64,000 bases of DNA from a virus, in IMG/VR virus record IMGVR_UViG_3300037424_001643, positions 1-64,000 of that record. One strand, given 5' to 3'. How positions within the stretch are numbered: position 1 is the stretch's first letter; each line of letters opens with the position of its first letter. The notes under the pieces were generated by a model. That model did not search any database. It was not told the DNA's origin and saw nothing but the letters and a program-made list of their open reading frames with translations. Both the position numbers and the translations under genes were made by a program. Of the stretch, positions 59,537 to 64,000 are shown piece by piece.

Positions 59537-61665
59537 ATTGCACCCCCCGCCGTCGGCTGCGTCGGCTGTTCCCCGCTAATCTCGCTCGCGACCTCGTCGG
59601 CCTGCTGCGCGGCGAGCGCCGCCTGCTGCTGCTCGACTTCGTCGAGTTGTTGAATCGCCCCCTTGATTTGATTCAAAAGGTCTCCCACCGGCTTCAGTTC
59701 GTCCTTGTTTCCGCCTGCGGCGAGTGCCGCATCAAGATGCCCCTGCGCATGAATGTAAATCGCCTTCAGCGTTCCGAGTCCCGCCGGGTCTTGTGCCGCC
59801 ACCGGCGCAGCCTGTTCCATCGCGGGCATCAAAACACTCAAATGCACCTGATGGTTGTCACGCGGAGAAATCGGAACCTGCGCACCCTGACCGACAATCA
59901 GTAGAAGCTCCAACTGCTGAAGTCGTGTCTGCTCTGCCGTGACTGTCGGGTCTTCCTCCGGAAGCAGCACCGCATCGGCGAACTCCTCGTCGATTTGCGC
60001 CGTGAGTTTCCGACGTTCAAGCTCCCGCTGGTCATACAACGGATTTCCCCGGCCTTCCGTGGCCGCGATGACCACGGCCTGCCGTTCCAATTCGGTGTAG
60101 TCCTTGACTGTCTCGGCCACCGGTCGCTTGGAAATCAAATCAAGCTCCTCGCGAGTCATCACCTTGAGCAAACGCTCCTGCATCTCCTTGGCGTCTTCGT
60201 CCGCGGTCTTGGGGTCGCACATGCGTCGTTGCATGGTGCCCACGTATGACGCGAACTGAGTGAGAAAACGCCCAATGATATTGTCTCGCCCCTCTTCCTC
60301 GCGGCCCGCGAGCAGATTCACGGCAGCGGCAGTCACGCGCTCGCCTTCAAGGGCGCGCGGCGTCACGGCTCCCGCCATCTGGTCGAGCAAGGAGGTCAGA
60401 AATTGGTCCAGCGTCAGAAAAGGCTCGACTGCGGCATCGAGTTTCATCTGGTTAATTGTGAACCCGTTTTCAATGAGAATCGCATTCCCGACCACCGACA
60501 TCTTGAACTTCTTAATCTGCTTCGGGTCGCCCTGAATGATGACCTTCCCCGCGAGATTCAGCCGGTCAACAACTTCGTTGCGACTCTTGTCAAGCATCGA
60601 CGCCATGTTGTAGATTTCACGGCCAATCCCCTTCGAGCCATGCAGCTTTCCGTTGCCCTGCTGGAAAGAAAAGAACGCGACCGCGTCTTTCATCGTCGGA
60701 TACTGTTCCTCCCGCTCAAAGAGCACCGTCTTTTTGTCGAGCGCGGGGTCGGCCTTCGTGCTGGCGCTTTCCGTCTTCTCCAAAATGATGTAATGCGAAA
60801 TCTTCCCGGAAATCTCCTGTGCGAGCAGATGCCACACCGATACTACCAGCGCGCCTGCCTCGTGAGAGAGCCCCACGTTGCATTCCCGAATCAAGTCCTC
60901 GTAAACCCTCTCCCAGCCCATCTCTTTCGAGCGCCGGTCTTCCGGCATGGCGTTGTTGATGGCGTCGAGAGTGTTCTGGATATTCCAACCCACCGTCTTC
61001 GCCGCTTCGGTCTCTTCCACCAGCGCAAAGAGTTCGTGGACGAGGAAAGTCTCGCGCATCGCGACGATTTGAGCCGAGTCAGGAAGCTGACCGGTGCCCG
61101 TCGGAACGAAGAAGCTATCCTGCCGAAAATGCTTTGGAAAATAGTGAAATTCATCCAGCCACGAGCAACAAGTGAACCCGAAAAGCGCATTCTCTTGCGC
61201 GATTTCCGAAATGAGATTGTTCCAGCCGGGGCGTGCGCGCAATGTGCTCGTGATTTCTCGCCGGAACGCTTCCGTCTTCACGTCCGCGCCGGGGACATCT
61301 TCCGGGAAGGCGGAGTTCGTCAAAAACTTCGCCGCATCCACCGCCTTTGAAAATCGTGGCGCGACTTTATCAATGAGCACCGGAAGCGGCTTGGTGGTAA
61401 AGTTGGACTTCCATCCAACTCCCTCCGCCTTCAACTGCTCAGTGGAATAGGGTTTCTCTGAGTTGTATTTCGCCATGATGCGCGCATTCTTGAGGTTACG
61501 CTCGCGCGCAGCCTCCTGAAGTGACCGCACGATGTTCCGCGCCTGCGTTACCGACGAAATTGCGTGCCGCTTCGGCTTCCCCTTGGGAGAGAGTTCAGGT
61601 GTGTTTACCGACCCGGTGGTGCTACCGGAGTGGTCTAGCGAAGAATCTTCCGTAGAAAGTGGCAT
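59533..61665 (-). CDS. portal protein (putative)
   Basis: 710-aa ORF two small genes downstream of TerL and upstream of the scaffold gene. Size and order are typical of a portal. Confidence 0.6.
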   Translation of the reverse strand: MPLSTEDSSLDHSGSTTGSVNTPELSPKGKPKRHAISSVTQARNIVRSLQEAARERNLKNARIMAKYNSEKPYSTEQLKAEGVGWKSNFTTKPLPVLIDKVAPRFSKAVDAAKFLTNSAFPEDVPGADVKTEAFRREITSTLRARPGWNNLISEIAQENALFGFTCCSWLDEFHYFPKHFRQDSFFVPTGTGQLPDSAQIVAMRETFLVHELFALVEETEAAKTVGWNIQNTLDAINNAMPEDRRSKEMGWERVYEDLIRECNVGLSHEAGALVVSVWHLLAQEISGKISHYIILEKTESASTKADPALDKKTVLFEREEQYPTMKDAVAFFSFQQGNGKLHGSKGIGREIYNMASMLDKSRNEVVDRLNLAGKVIIQGDPKQIKKFKMSVVGNAILIENGFTINQMKLDAAVEPFLTLDQFLTSLLDQMAGAVTPRALEGERVTAAAVNLLAGREEEGRDNIIGRFLTQFASYVGTMQRRMCDPKTADEDAKEMQERLLKVMTREELDLISKRPVAETVKDYTELERQAVVIAATEGRGNPLYDQRELERRKLTAQIDEEFADAVLLPEEDPTVTAEQTRLQQLELLLIVGQGAQVPISPRDNHQVHLSVLMPAMEQAAPVAAQDPAGLGTLKAIYIHAQGHLDAALAAGGNKDELKPVGDLLNQIKGAIQQLDEVEQQQAALAAQQADEVASEISGEQPTQPTAGGAM

Positions 61666-61943
61666 GTCTTAAAAAAGAGACGTAGAAGCGCCGCGGGCGT
61701 CAACCGGACGGATTTCCAATAACCGAGGGGACACTTCTCGGTCTTGAACTGAATTTTCAGGTCCACCTGACAGGCGCAGACGTTGCACTGCCGGACGTAT
61801 TTGTCGAAATGCACGCACGTTTCACACAGCGAGAGCCGCCGTTCGAGCGTTTCGGCGTCCACAAGCGGATTTTTGCCCTTCAAGAGTGCGCAAAGCACTC
61901 GTTTCAAGGCTCTTAGGGCGGAAAAAGGGTTGGGGAAACGCAT
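61635..61943 (-). CDS. small Cys-rich (zinc-binding-like) protein
   Basis: CETCVHFDKYVRQCNVCACQVDLKIQFKTEKCPLGYW. Confidence 0.55.
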   Translation of the reverse strand: MRFPNPFSALRALKRVLCALLKGKNPLVDAETLERRLSLCETCVHFDKYVRQCNVCACQVDLKIQFKTEKCPLGYWKSVRLTPAALLRLFFKTCHFLRKILR

Positions 61944-61955
61944 AAAAGGGAAGAC

Positions 61956-62543
61956 TCAGTCGCTTTTTCGTCGCCAGCACTCTGCCGGGAGACTCGGCTC
62001 GGCTTCCGGGGCCTGTTCAATGTGGACCGAGACGGTGCAATCTTCCCCGAGAGCCGAGCAGGGGCTAAGATTCTGATGCTGAGATTCCCTTCCGTCGAGA
62101 ATCACCTTCCTCGACGTCTTTACGGAGGAAATACATGCCTCACATGCGGCATTCAATGCCTGCTGACGCGGACAGCGCGCACAAATTGCCGCGCGGTCGG
62201 CGGCGACCGAATCCTCGACGCGCGGAATAGCGTGTAAACGCTTACGGCTAAGTTGAACGCTATACCACTGCAAAACCCGCTGATTGTGGCTCTGGCTGTG
62301 GCTCTGGCTGTGGTGGTTGGGCGGAACGTGTGGGGCGTTCGGACGACATAAGTGAGGCATCTTGGCACACAGTTGCGCCGACACTTCGACCTCGGGGTCG
62401 CCCGGCGCGAACTTGTTGATTTCCCGATAGCGTCGAATCTGCTCAAAAAGATGCCGCCACGATTCGCCCTTATGAATTGTCCCGTCCCTATCCACGAATT
62501 TTCTCCCCCCATCGGGGAAGACATTCCAATTGAATTCGGACAT
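61956..62543 (-). CDS. Cys-rich hypothetical protein with SQSH repeat
   Basis: 195 aa. It has HHSQSHSQSHNQ plus CARCPRQQALNAACEAC. Confidence 0.6.
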   Translation of the reverse strand: MSEFNWNVFPDGGRKFVDRDGTIHKGESWRHLFEQIRRYREINKFAPGDPEVEVSAQLCAKMPHLCRPNAPHVPPNHHSQSHSQSHNQRVLQWYSVQLSRKRLHAIPRVEDSVAADRAAICARCPRQQALNAACEACISSVKTSRKVILDGRESQHQNLSPCSALGEDCTVSVHIEQAPEAEPSLPAECWRRKSD

Positions 62544-62555
62544 ACTAAAAAGGAG

Positions 62556-64000
62556 TCACGGTCCTATGTCCACGTCAAGGTCGTCCGTTCTATTAGTAAC
62601 GTCTATGCGAACATCGGACAAATCGTCGTCATCGTATCCCGAGCGCGAATTCTCTGACACCATGCCGGGAATGAAACTGAATGCCCTACGCACCACCTGC
62701 ACAAGCAACGTAATGGTGTCCGCCTCGTCCGGACTCTTTCCGTTCGCGCGCGATTTGTAGTCGTCTTTTTCCTCGACCTTGGACTTCTTGCCCATCGCCC
62801 GAAATCGACGGCCCGTGAGTTGCGGAAAAAGTTCTTCCGTGCTGAACCCGAGCGCAAGTTTCAGATACCCGAACTCAATGAATTTCCGTGTCGCAAACCA
62901 AAGCTCTGAGTGAATCCGAACGTAAAGTTCCTTGGCGATGTCATGGTCCTCCTGCATGACTTTCGACTCGCTCGCGCTCTCCGAATAATTCACGCCAATG
63001 ACTTCGCCGAAGTTGTGCCTGAGCATATCATACGTTCCCTGCCCGTGGCCTGTGCGGTCAACGCACAGACAGTCCGGTCGAATGTTGTAGATGCGCGCAA
63101 TCCGCATCACTTCCGCCGCCTGCTCGACCGTGTCGCCCTTCGGCATTACCAGCATCGTCTCGGCGAGCACAATGTCCCTGAGCACCGCGTTGCCCGCCGC
63201 ATTCTTGAACATTATCGTCCGGCCCTCCGGGTGCAACAGTGAAGGAGGAAGTCGAATTCCGGACGCCGGTCCAAAACTCCCCTTGATGAAAATGGCCTTG
63301 TCCGAACCGTTGAAAGCCAAGTCCACCGCCCCCACGGGCGTCGGGTGGTCATACCACAAAATCTCCGCCTTCACGTCGGCCAGCAAGCCCGACGGAATGA
63401 TTGACATTGGAACGCCCGTCGGCGGAAAGCAACCGCGGCACATGGACCAATAGCCGGGCGAATCCATGCCGCCCGAGTTCCTAATAACCATCTGAAAACC
63501 CTCGTAGGTTTGCAGACCGGGGAACACAAGTTTCCTCTGAAGCACGTTCTCGCATCGGGCAGCGTCCAGCCGCACGACCTTCCACCCGCGAGTCGATACC
63601 CATTCAAATTCAACGTCCGGGTCGAACATCGACCAGCCCGCCGGAGGCTCCGTCCGCGCTCCGACTTCATCGTTCTGATTCGTCGGGTTAAACGCGCCGA
63701 TAATCTTGAGCCCGTCACCGGAGGAACCGGTAATCAAGTTGTCGATGTCCCGCCAGATGCCCGGCGGAATGTTCGCAATTTCGTCCAGAAAGATGAACAT
63801 GCGGAAGGTCTTTCCGAAGACTGGATGCGGAACTTTTCGGTTGGCGCGCTTCACGCCCTGCAAACGACCGGCGGCTTTCTTCCCGAGTGGGATGACGACA
63901 CCCGAAATTGAACTCTTGCGCTCGCGCGGGTCGAGACCGATGAAAAGCTGATTGACCTGTCCCGGCAACGGAATCGTCGAGCCCCGGTGAAGAGAGACAA
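62556..64000 (-). CDS. terminase large subunit, C-terminal about 480 aa (N-terminus outside the window)
   Basis: Walker B-like MFIFLDEIANI. The RNaseH-like nuclease domain shows VGAVDLAFNGSDKAIF, LCVDRTGHGQGTYD and KSPDEADTITL. The frame stays open to position 64000. Confidence 0.8.
   Translation of the reverse strand, partial: VSLHRGSTIPLPGQVNQLFIGLDPRERKSSISGVVIPLGKKAAGRLQGVKRANRKVPHPVFGKTFRMFIFLDEIANIPPGIWRDIDNLITGSSGDGLKIIGAFNPTNQNDEVGARTEPPAGWSMFDPDVEFEWVSTRGWKVVRLDAARCENVLQRKLVFPGLQTYEGFQMVIRNSGGMDSPGYWSMCRGCFPPTGVPMSIIPSGLLADVKAEILWYDHPTPVGAVDLAFNGSDKAIFIKGSFGPASGIRLPPSLLHPEGRTIMFKNAAGNAVLRDIVLAETMLVMPKGDTVEQAAEVMRIARIYNIRPDCLCVDRTGHGQGTYDMLRHNFGEVIGVNYSESASESKVMQEDHDIAKELYVRIHSELWFATRKFIEFGYLKLALGFSTEELFPQLTGRRFRAMGKKSKVEEKDDYKSRANGKSPDEADTITLLVQVVRRAFSFIPGMVSENSRSGYDDDDLSDVRIDVTNRTDDLDVDIGP

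Noticed and set aside
60403-61350. 315-aa plus-strand ORF inside the portal gene
   Set aside because: It is antisense to the 710-aa portal ORF and has no motifs.
32167-62243. Identical 16-mers at 32167 and 62228 as att sites, terminal repeats or boundaries of a mobile structural module
   Set aside because: One identical 16-mer pair is roughly what chance allows in 64 kb on both strands. Both copies belong to the dispersed CGTGTAAACG motif family, and one lies inside an ORF.
1-64000. Prophage boundaries, diversity-generating retroelement, retron, or toxin-antitoxin or defence islands
   Set aside because: I recognised no integrase, reverse transcriptase, host genes or template/variable repeat pairs. 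The duplicated fibre tips differ by ordinary divergence, not adenine-specific substitutions that I could see.

Overview
The window is a contiguous 64-kb piece of a GC-rich tailed dsDNA phage genome. I saw no host flank, integrase, rRNA or CRISPR array. There are three transcription blocks.

(1) 1-2611, minus strand: small hypothetical genes that leave a divergent AT-rich control region at 2612-2864.

(2) 2865-32114, plus strand: an early block of about 35 small tightly coupled ORFs, then a replication and recombination block.
- The early block opens with an AP2-domain protein and includes one tRNA-Thr(UGU).
- The later block has a dNMP-kinase-like protein, SNF2/DEAH helicase, Pol-beta-type nucleotidyltransferase, Cas4-like PD-(D/E)XK nuclease and SprT-like HExxH protein.
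- It also has a family A DNA polymerase, endonuclease VII, primase/SF3 helicase, a sigma-70-family factor, a RuvC-like resolvase and a metallophosphoesterase.

(3) 64000-32180, minus strand: the late structural block.
- In transcription order: TerL (5' end outside the window), portal, scaffold, a glycosyltransferase-HNH-glycosyltransferase insert, major capsid, a LamG+SGNH esterase and three collagen-like fibres.
- Then tubular-like proteins, a tail fibre, a GNAT, an S74-chaperone fibre and a 2422-aa multidomain virion protein.

Blocks 2 and 3 converge on a bidirectional terminator at 32128-32159.

The most notable points are:
- A strongly over-represented, strand-biased motif, CGTGTAAACG.
- About 11 promoter-like boxes placed 5-9 nt before an ATG, which suggests leaderless mRNAs and fits the absence of any Shine-Dalgarno signal.
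- Seven AP2-domain ORFs: four intact HNH-AP2 homing endonucleases, two decayed copies and one AP2-only protein.
- A frameshifted relic resembling the Pol I fingers domain.

All functions are inferred by eye from motifs. No database search was run.
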